Source of the DNA: Azolla caroliniana | Taxonomy: Eukaryota > Plantae > Polypodiophyta | DNA length: 64,000 nucleotides | Assembly (NCBI GenBank): GCA_043228905.1 | Contig: JBHGNT010000001.1 | Coordinates: 29,822,001-29,886,000 of the forward strand | Reading direction: 5' to 3' | Part shown: piece by piece, positions 53,819 through 64,000 of the stretch | Position numbering within the stretch: position 1 is the stretch's first letter | How the letters are laid out: each line of letters starts with the position of its first letter | Notes under the pieces: generated by a model | Database searches by the model: none | The model's input: the letters and a program-made list of their open reading frames with translations, nothing else | Told to the model about the DNA's origin: nothing | Made by a program: the position numbers and the translations under genes

Positions 53819-55275
53819 TGTGTTTTTTTTTTGCAATTTTAAAAAAATATTTACCGTGAAAAAATATTTACCTTATAGTAAATCATTTATCTAAAAGTAT
53901 GGTATTTATCATTCTTTGAGGATGTTTATCATTCTCGAACACAAATGCACGAATGGTACATATGGTTCATACTATGTTATGGACATCCTAAAAGGTGTAG
54001 TATTGATCTGAATCATGATAATTGTCTTTGTTTCTGAGGTCATATAGCACGTGTGCATTTGGATCACCACCCACCTTGTTTAGGATGTTCTTACCCTACT
54101 TTGCAAGCCACACAATGATAATCACCAAGGTGCTAAACCTAATTGTTGCCCATGACCCTTTATGTTTGCCATGAATTGTTTATTGTACACTTATTGCTAG
54201 CAAACAATCACCCTTGTGATAGGCCTTTTCTACCCAAGACAATGAGTGTACATTATTCTCGGTTGATGATTAGCAATTAGTTAAAAAATGAAAGAACATA
54301 TTGAAGTTAGGGTGTCTATCCAATGCAACCATCTTGGCACAAAGGGCAATAGATGAATACACGATCCAATTATATGGTATGATGGCTTTTGTATTATACC
54401 TTGGGGAGCCGACCAAACTAAAAATCTGAACTATGGGAGAGCTTTGTCACACCCACAACTCTCTCTAAGATGCCATGTTGGAGGGAGTAACTACTTTTCT
54501 TTATAGGCTTCTATATATGCCATGTGTCCTACATCCTTACGCATTGCCTCAAGTTCTTGGATAATCAAATTTCCACTACCCTACTCTTGCATCCATCAAG
54601 ATCAACCAATAATGTGGGTCGCCAAGACAATGCTTAATGTAACTAGTAGTCGATGCCCACTGTAATTAGTACTCGTAACATCCTCTATGTATAGTTCTTT
54701 AGAATTATGTTGCATGGCTCTCTTTCTCGTGATTCACATTAACATGGCATGCCCTACTTCAGCTTCATCAGGTGCGATAGCTCTTATTTAGCACATAAAA
54801 GTCCAATCATAGGAGATTAGACGATAGGTTTGGCTAAAGCAACTTCAAAGACGTGTCATGAGAAGAAAGAATAGGGTGTCATGATCCAAGGAGCACAAAC
54901 GTGGACACAAACCGAAGACGAGGAAATACAAGATTATAAGAGGTTATGAATGGGAGAGCATTTTCGGTAGACAAAAGTTTGATTACCGAAAACACAGCCA
55001 TAGGATCGGAGAAGAGAATGCTTTGTATGTTCACACGATCGATAATTGGGCGGATCAGATGTGTGGGTTCATACAAACCCAGATCTGCCCCCCTTCCTTA
55101 AATTTAACCCCCCTTAGCATTGTCTGTCTCACAAAGATTTAGCGACTTTATCATATATGTACATATTATATAGGCAAAGACAGATATTCAGATAAGATTT
55201 GGATATTTTCGTTCAATGGAATTCTGAAACAGAGTAACTCAGAGAAGCACAGAGACAGAGACAGAGAGAGTGGAC

Positions 55276-55719
55276 ATGGAGCTCTCCTCCTGTCGCGGTA
55301 GTACCGCTCTCCATCCTAATGCAATGCACAGTCCAGGTCTCAGTCTCGGTCGCACCATTCATCCTCCATCCTACCTAGGGCACATACACCCATACTCTGT
55401 TTCGCTCACCTGCAAGCCTGGTAGCAGTAGTTGTTCTGGGAGGAGGGCCAAAACCTTCAGAAGTGTTCATCAGCCGAGAAGCTCAACAGTCCTCGCTTCT
55501 GCTTCAACGTCAGATGGTGTGATCAGCACGAGCCCTCAAGCTGCGGCACTGGTGGATTCCCTTCTTTCCCTGGTAAGTAACGTATGTAGATCTACAATGT
55601 TCTTCTTGTACCAGATCAACATGAAAGAAAAGAGGACATACAAGAGGTCCTGGTGTTTAAGTGTGTATGTGTGTGTTTCTATACCTTGGCTTCTTGATTA
55701 AACATATGCACACAAACAC

Positions 55720-55792
<73 letters not shown>

Positions 55793-56573
55793 TGATAGGT
55801 GGAAGGGAGTGATAGAGGAGCTGCCTTGGGAGAGGCGGAAGTGAAGAAAGTGGATGAGCTGATACAGAAGCTGGAGGGCCACTGCATACCACAGCCCCTT
55901 CAAAGTCCTCTGCTCTTTGGAGGTGAGTGAGTTACCATGATCATGTTTGGATTTGGGGAATGTGTACATTGGAATAACATCCACATATATCAAAGGTCCC
56001 ATCCGCCCCGCCCCAACCAACCATAAATCAAATGCCGCCTCTCACTTTTTTCTTTTCCCTTGTTCTTGTGCTAAGACTGGGATGTGGTGTACTCTTCGAA
56101 TCCGACCTCCACCGGTGGCTACTACCGGAGTGCGATCGGCCGTGCCCTTCTAAAGACTAAGCAGATGATACAAGATGTCAAACCCCCGGCATCGGTGAAA
56201 AATGCCGTCTCCTTTTCGGCTCTGGGTAATTTAGTGGATGGGGAAGTCTCCCTTGAAGGTCAGTCCTCTCTTTCTCTCTCTTTTCGTCCCCCTATGCATC
56301 CATTCATTCTATTGTGGATGTAGCAAAAATCTATCGTGGAAGCGGCAAAACTTTAAGATGTTTCTTTGGTTTTTTCCTGATTCAGGAAAGCTCGAAGCTC
56401 TGGATGATAAGTCGGTTAAGATTATGTTCGAGCCGCCAAACTTGAAGTTTGGGTCATTTGAGTTCCAATATGGTGGAACTAGTAGTGTCCAAATCGCGAT
56501 CATCTACTTGGATGAGAGAATAAGGCTCGGGAGGGGCTCCCGAGGCTCTCTCTTTGTATTTAAAAGGCGTTAG
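55276..56573 (+). CDS. Plastid-lipid-associated protein / fibrillin (FBN9/PAP11-like), about 263 aa
   Basis: Exons 55276-55572, 55799-55922, 56076-56258, 56386-56573 (GT-AG, 792 nt). Transit peptide, then LLSLVEGSDRG..LFGDWDVVYSSNPTSTGGYYRSAIGR..YLDERIRLGRGSRGSLFVFKRR. Confidence 0.9.
55720..55793. repeat. (TATACA)n hexamer microsatellite in fibrillin intron 1
   Basis: About 12 perfect units, directly visible. Confidence 0.95.
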
Positions 56574-58120
56574 GTATTTTTCACAACAAGGAACTCATGT
56601 GTATCAATTCGATGATATAAATAATAATGCTTAGAAATAGCAGTGTTTGCACAAGAAAGAGGAGAGGGATGGTTAGGTCGTATGTTCTAACTAAATAAGG
56701 CATTTTTACCATGAGTGCTGTCATGCCATCATTTCTGCTGGCAGAATTATGGCTTGTTGATCCTTTTTTTACATTAAGGAATGTTCTTATGGCCCATTTC
56801 TCCCGTATACTATCAGATAGAGGAAGTTCTAACATAGAATCAGCCATATTTTGAGCTTTAGGGTTTCCGTGGGGTTCATTTGTGTATCTTTAGTGGGGTC
56901 ATTTATTGTAATTATACTAAGCTTCTCCTACATACTTCTCTAGACTGAACCATGCTAGGTACACTTGGAAGGCTCATGCCAGTTCTTGTTGATCTCTTAT
57001 CAAGTCTTGCATTTGAATACCCTTTGTATTACTGAAACCAATTGTTGTCGAACTTATAAGTTATTGCTTACATATTAGGAATTGTGTGACCATTTCTATT
57101 CTTGTTGCCCACTTTCATGCTGGTATGGTAGCTTATCAATAATTTCATTGACAACGGTTGCCTCTACATAGGTGGATGCAAACACTAGAATTAATGGATG
57201 CCAAGCTCTCAGGATTTATATGTGAAGGAAATTTGCCAAACTTCACTTTAAGCTTTTGGAGTTTGAGCAACTCATATGTGACTTAACAGATGGGCCTCGG
57301 TAAGAATGCGAAAGATCAATTGTCAACCATGTCAAAGGGTGTGTGCTTTTAGTGGGTTGTGACTATCCATAGAATAATCTGAAATCCTTTCATACTACTC
57401 TGCTATGCTCTCTTGAACATAAATTATACTACTTCTTTAATCCCTTGTATCAAACATTGGATAGTTGGAAGCATTAACTTTGGCGCTTGTAGAAAATATG
57501 AAGATTTGATGCAATAGTTGGAATATCTTGTATGGTGCCTACTGGTGTCATGGGCATATTGTCTCCATTGACATTCAAACAATGGATTTGATGTAATAGT
57601 TGAAATATCCCACAAAGATGCATGCTAGTGTCATGGGCATGACAAAATACCAAACTTAGACTATGTGCCATGTGGTACGAGAGTTTACAAAATTCTTAAG
57701 TTCACAAAAGAGACATTGATAAATTGGGATGCAAGCCCAAAGGTTCCAAATGGGCACATTTGGATAAGACGGTGAGATATGTAAGACATGACTTGTTAAT
57801 AATAATTGTCATTCATTTTGACAACGTGACTAAAATAACTTGCTCAAACACCAATCAGTCAAGAGTTTGGCATTTAGTACACACATTGTTGATTCTTGGT
57901 GTTAGAGAGAGACTTCTCATATAAAATGGTTTGCCTTAATTGACATCTAAACCATTTGCAACACTATATGTTTGTATTCCACATCATATTTCGCAAATAT
58001 CTAGTGTGGAAATAATCTTTATCTTCTAGATTTGCTTATTTCTTTTTTTCTATCACATAACCAATATCTTTTGCATTATGCATACGACATACTATTTTTT
58101 ACACGAAAGCCTGACTTTTG

Positions 58121-59887
58121 TTATAATGAAGCTAGTTTCGACATGAAAAATGAAATGAAATTGTTGTATACATCAACCTTTGCTTTGGTACCAAGGATAA
58201 AGTCAAAATGAGCATAAGACACAAGATATGAAACCGTTACATTGCAAGGCAACATATCGAGCAACCTTTGAACATCATCAGGGACTGTTATGACATCCTT
58301 TCCTCCATATGCAACAAACATGGAAAAGTCTTTTGGAATATCAGAAACTTCATATGGAGGCGCTATGTTGCTACTATAAACCTTGCTATTCCTTTGAGTC
58401 CCATAGTCAAATTTGCTAAAGGTTCCCTTCCTTATCACTGTAAGAAACATCATAGTGTAATGAGATTGGATGCATGCTTTTGTTTTTGTGTTATCAATCA
58501 CATTTCACAAGGGTTTTAGATTGCTTTATTATTTATATGAGCTAAAAATAGTTTAAAAACCTAAAAATACAATTCCAAGTTTCCTTTGTAAAAAATAATG
58601 CTTTAATGACCAAACAAAACAAAATATTAAAGCCTTACTTTGAAGAAAATGCTCAAGATTCTTTGTGCTTGATGCTTGTGGTTCATAGTTGAGATAATAT
58701 AAATCCCTCGAAGAATTTAAGCAACAATTATCCCCTGCAAATCGTCACACATGTAGCATCCAAGTTTATGTCATGGTTCTTTAAGAGTTACATTTATTTG
58801 CTTCATATATTACCGTACCTCCAAATAAGTTCATTATGTCAACACATACCACCTGCTCAGAGGCACACACTTGATCTAAAATTTGTACAAGAATTTTCCT
58901 GTTCCAAGAGTTTATCATTATCTTCCTTTAAAGCAACAACTTGCATTATGGCATGCCAAAGCACAGAGTGGTCTAATTACGTGTCCACCAACTCTGGTGA
59001 TTAAATTGATGCTTCTAAATTATAGAAAACTTCTAAAATACCTATGCCTTTTTTCTTTATTTCCCACAACACCCCTCTATTTTTCATATTTTTTTTTATA
59101 GAAATACACTCGGGCAACCTTCTTTTGAGCAATTACTTATGTTATTTGTGCATTATATGGACATTGATCCCCTTTCTCGATTGTATATTGTGTCATTTGA
59201 GCAATTGCTATCTCAATGCAATACCTTTCCCCCCGTTAATCAAGGTGTAGGGTAGGTTCATGAATAAGTTCAAGCAGAGTGAAGTAAAGCACAAAAGTAG
59301 GAGAGTGAAGTCTCACCTTCGAAAATCTAGTTTGTACACTTGCAAAGCATCCAAAATCTACAAATCATGTATGGATTACAAAAGCTTTATATTGTCACAA
59401 TAACATCCAAGTTGCCCATGAGTTAAAGAAAATGTTGAGATATTCTATTAAATTTTGCAAAACATTTAGAGATAATTTAGTGTTTTCACAGTAAATAAAA
59501 CTAGGTAAACTAACATTATCAATCCTCGCATCATTCACTATTTGAATAATTGGTGAAGTTGTCTTATCAAGATATGCTATAGGACTTAACAATGCTGTTG
59601 CAGCAATCCTATTAACCACCCTTCTCTCGCTAAATGCTGCTAGAGCAATTAAAGTTCCCTGGAAAACAAAATTATGTTTGGTGAAAAACTTTCCTCAAAT
59701 ACATTAAAGCACATTTCTCTAACTAAAGGTGATTTAAATAGTATGTTAAAGGGATCTACATTCTATTGGAAAAAGTCAGGTTTCAGACTAGTGCAGTGAG
59801 GAGATTTGATACTTAAAAGAACACCTAAGTTGATCAATTGTGTTCATAACTAATTTTAATATATTGTACAAAACTTTGATGGCCATA

Positions 59888-59933
<46 letters not shown>

Positions 59934-62900
59934 TGCGCGCTCGTACACACACACACACACACACAAAAGTACCTTACCCTAGCAGTAAGTTATTGCTTTT
60001 ATATACATATGATGTGGTTCTCTTTTCATTTGATATTGATGGTAGACGTTTACTTGGAGCTTTATAAGCGTTTTGCCAAAGTAGTGGACTAACCATGAAT
60101 GTGGATAAAACAAAAATGATGGTAGTGTGGACCATCCAACCTCACGATACTCTATGCTTACATGTAAGGGAGAACATAAACAAATTGAGCAAATATTTAA
60201 GCATAGTGTTGATGTACCCACCACAAATAACCAGACTGTGTGATTTGAGTCTAAGCCTTAAGTTGGTTGGAAACGTTGTTTTATGTTGGAAAATCAATGC
60301 AACCAAAGATTGAAGCATCATGGTATTGATTTACCCCCCACAAATAATTGGAGTTTATGGTTTGGACCTAGGCTTCAAGCTCTTTGGAAAAGTTCTTATA
60401 TGTTGGAGAATCAACACAACCAAAGTCATACTCATGGATGGGAGGTGAAAGTGATGTTATTTAATACCACGGTGACCCAAGTCTTGCTATGTAGATTAGA
60501 AGTGTGGGGTGACACTATCACTCTTAATACATGGAATGAGATTGTGAGGATTCGTAAATATGTTTTTCATAAAGACTATTGCAAGTAGAATCCACTACTT
60601 CTTACCAGGTTATGTTATTGGAAATATGTATTCACTCATAGAGATATCAACACTACGAAGAGTACATACATACATTACAAAACTCAATAATATGACAAAT
60701 AGTAAATTATCATACCTTGCTTGGAATGTTGGATATAATGTACAAAGGAATCACAACTCTCTCATCTAGTTGGGTAGCTGGAATTAAAAAATGGTTCAAA
60801 AGATGGGTTTTGGAAGAGGTGTTAGAGCTTTCAAGTGATGTTATGCAATACGTAGTGATTGAAGAAATGGCAATAGAAACACTTTGGAAGAAGTGGGGAG
60901 AGACTAAAAGGAAAATATTTGAAAAATAAATTGAACATCAACCTTGAATATTGGGTTCAATATAAGGCAAGATTACTTGTTGATCTCTTATCTCATTACC
61001 AAAATGAGCATTAAGTGACTTGTCATACATACACAATTATAAAGATAAGGGAACGTGAGTTACCTCGCTTAGAAGCTATGGTGAGGACACCGTTTACATA
61101 TGGAACATGGGCCACACCTGCATTGAAACCCTTTGACCTTCCGCTCCTTTTCGGGAGACTTAAATAGAAATGAAACTAGTCTTAGCTCATAGCCTTTTCC
61201 TTTACAGAACATGTTACACCCCATAATGTCTTACATCTTTTGTACCACACTAAAACTCTTTTATTTATGTTTATTTTACTCTTTATTTTCAATGATTGGG
61301 TACATATCCTATTATTGTAAGTTGTAAGTTGTAACCAATTGTCTCATGGACCAAATTCGGTCTTAGAAGATGATGGTTCTTTCTTCACATGCAACCACAC
61401 AAGCTAGGCATTAAAGTTGCATGCTAGATATATAGTGGAATTCGTGAAAGTCATACCAACATATTAAGAGGGGGTGAAAACATGAGGTTCATAGTTAAGA
61501 CACCATGAGAATGTTGAGCTCATTGATCACATATATGTATTACACACATAAATATTGTATTACATATTGTTTCAAAGTATGAATATCCCTTCTTAGGAGG
61601 GAGACACACGCAAAGAAAACTTGTGTAGGGTCAAATTTGGCCTCTATATGGATACGAAAAACCCAATATGTTAGAGCTAGATCCTAATGTAAGCATATGA
61701 TAAGGATAATATATATAAATAGATAAGAGAGGAGAGAGAGAAAGAAGGCTGTCGATCCACCTGACCACCCCCCGAGCGAAGGGATCGTAACAGACTCGAG
61801 CCTCGATTGATGTCCCATACCACCATCGTGGCGTCGAGTTGTACCTGGTATTGGTGCGCTCGCTACAAGAGTTTGATCACCACGAGTTCAGAGTCTCGAT
61901 GTAGTCAAGAGATGATCGAATTAGGGTAGCTAGGCCTCATATTTATAGCCAGACCTAAGGCCTCGAGGCAAGTTCACAATTGGCCTTGATGGGTTGTCTC
62001 AATCCCAAGGATTAAATGTAATCCTTCCCTTCTTTACACTCTCGTTTAACCCTCACGCCTTATCCATGGGTATAGAATACTACAGTACAATCTTACCATG
62101 TGATATTATATGGTCATGCCTGTAACACAATCTCTCTCTCTCTCACGCGCGCACACACACACACACACACACAAATGATTGGGATGGACATTGTAACCTG
62201 ATCATAGGATTTCATGTATTGTGCTCAAATGTGTGAAAAGGTTTGAGTGTAAGGTCATTAAAGATAAACAATTAAGTTTGAGCTCAGAACTTAAATGAGC
62301 AAACATGCATTCCAAGATAGTTGAGGATATGTTACAAATAAGAAGGTTACAACATGGTGTTATACTAGATTGGAAATGAGAAGCTTTTGTGAAAGCCATA
62401 TTTTCATTTTCAAGAAATGTAGTTTTTGACCAAGAGATACCTTGCGAAGGGATCAAGCAATGTAGTTCAAAGAAAAAATGGATTAATAATGTATGCTATT
62501 AAGCTCAGAAGTATTTTCTGAGTTTAGATATAGTCAAGGATAAAGAAAATTATGAAAAGCATTTGCATGAGTACAAAAGACTTATTCAAAGAAAGAGAAG
62601 AATATGGGAAATTCTTCAATAAATTCTCCAAACACAATAGAAAGCACATACATGTGCTAAATTTTGGAGACACCTAAACAAGATATGTGTTGAGAGTTAT
62701 AGTTACTTTGAAATCTTATGGTCGTATCAATACATTGTAAGAACTTATATGAACAATCAAATGCATATGCATTATGATTCTCTTTCACATATGCCCCCTT
62801 TACGATTGAAAATTTATGGCATAGGGCTTAATAAATTGGCCTCTTGAAAGCCAAAATACCTTCAATGTGTAAAGGTTGATTGAGTGGACAAGAAAGGAAA

Positions 62901-63869
62901 CACATGCATTGCAACATGGCATGCCTAATGATGGAGAATACATTGGATGAAACCTTTACATAAAGGTGGATATATTGAACAAATATATCATTCCTAGTCA
63001 ATGTAGTGAATAATATATCATATCCCACCCATTCTACCATCATTACATCTTGGTTTTGATTTAGTGACAATACACATATAGAATGTAGTATATGAACCAA
63101 TCTTTCGCCACGTAATTGTTGTTTATTCAACCTCCAAATTGCTATATATGTATATAGATGGCCATTGTACACTCTTGGCAATGTATCACATTTTGCTTGA
63201 TATTATATTGCCTACAGAAATTGTGTGTGGAAGTAGCTCTAGCCTCCTACATATATATGTATTTAGTTGGGCATTTTCAACTCTTGGTAGTGTATCAGGT
63301 TTTGGTTGGACTAGTGTGAACCATCCAACCCTAGCTCTTGAAGGAGGAGAATTACGGGTTGTAGAGTGTTAATGGATTAGGCATAACTAATTGTAATATG
63401 TTTGCAAATGTTTAACCACCATATGCATACTCTTTCTCACTCTCTATCTTGTTACTCTTGCTAGGTCTTTGTATTGTGGAAAAAATCTTTTGTGTACAAT
63501 AACTTTCTTGTGTGTAGTGGCCTTTTTTAGCACTATTGTCGAGTTTCAAGACTCCTTGTGACTTGTGTTGGGTGCACATGTGACCTTATATTAATTGTTC
63601 GCATTTCCTATCTATGATTAGCATTAATTAACAAAAAGAAAGTATTGTACTACATTATCATATGTACTCTAAAGTATACTCTAGAATACTCTAAAATATG
63701 TCATACACTAAAGTTTTATGAATCTATAATTGGCTAAGGGAGGGAAAATATAATCCACCTGGGAATGGCCAACGTAAAACATTCTTGACCTAGTTACATT
63801 ATAAACTAGCTCCACCATGCAAGGTAAGTCATAAGTTGCCAATTCATCCCAACTCCAATCCCAAAATTC
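58121..63869 (-). CDS. Triacylglycerol lipase (LIP1-like, acid lipase family), 3' part; 5' exons lie beyond the right edge
   Basis: Exons 63869-63759, 59658-59515, 59357-59317, 58898-58819, 58734-58639, 58437-58121 (GT-AG, frame consistent). FWDWSWDELATYDLP, YVGHSQ|GT (GxSxG), LLSPIAYL, NCCLNSS..EPQASSTKNL.H, YGGKD, YAHFDF. Confidence 0.9.
59985..61020 (+). mobile_element. Degenerate RTEX-like LINE fragment (a second, more diverged family) in a lipase intron
   Basis: LLLYTYDVVL (decayed YADD), GLTMNVDKTKMMV, LFNTTVTQVLLCRLEVWG, SSWVAGIKKWF, with many stops and frameshifts. Confidence 0.7.
61040..61371 (+). mobile_element. Short 3' fragment of the same LINE family as 20436-22329
   Basis: KIRERELPRLEAM..PFDLPLLFGRL matches KIRERELHRLEAM..PFDPPLLFERL. 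The 3' UTR is shared and ends gtaaccaattgtctcatggaccaaattcggtcttagaaga. Confidence 0.85.
61624..62084 (-). mobile_element. Probable solo LTR / LTR remnant in a lipase intron
   Basis: Bounded by TGTAG...CTACA. Minus-strand GGCTATAAATA TATA box followed by accctaa and a CT-rich tract, and GC-richer than the flanks. No TSD found. Confidence 0.4.
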
Positions 63870-64000
63870 CTGATATAAAGTAAAAAAAGGGTAAAAACAT
63901 AGACTTGCCATAAGCGGAGAAATAATTCCACGTAAACATGTGCCAAAACACAATAATGTCATATAGGGTAAAAAAAGTATGCGTAAAGAGCAACAAACTT

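Noticed and set aside
61815-61895. Faint 5S rRNA-like similarity (Cassandra-type LTR)
   Set aside because: Only scattered short matches, with no A/IE/C-box conservation.

Overview
Eukaryotic, intron-containing plant nuclear DNA. It is AT-rich and dense in (CT)n/(TATG)n microsatellites. The gene content and style suggest a non-flowering vascular plant, possibly a fern, but the species cannot be determined from the sequence. I reconstructed ten protein-coding genes: a BIG-type Sec7 ARF-GEF (partial, left edge), PsaN, a non-canonical BZR/BES1 transcription factor, an At1g18060-like plastid protein, nucleoporin Nup58, an aldo-keto reductase, a GDT1/UPF0016 Ca/Mn transporter, an intronless hAT-transposase-derived gene, a fibrillin (FBN9-like) and a LIP1-like triacylglycerol lipase (partial, right edge). 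Nine of them are spliced by hand with GT-AG junctions that keep frame. Intergenic and intronic space holds an RTEX-like LINE family, a decayed L1, short L1 3' fragments beside (GA)n tracts, hAT-type MITEs with 8-bp TSDs, a foldback MITE, a BED-finger remnant and local tandem duplications. I saw no prokaryotic systems, CRISPR arrays or intact RNA genes. The most notable items are (i) a LINE apparently inserted head-to-tail onto a copy of its own 3' stem-loop in a gene promoter, (ii) an L1-type family found repeatedly at (GA)n microsatellites, (iii) a domesticated, probably catalytically dead hAT transposase, and (iv) a BZR protein with a BAM-like DNA-binding domain and no EAR motif. Family names come from motif recognition, not database searches.
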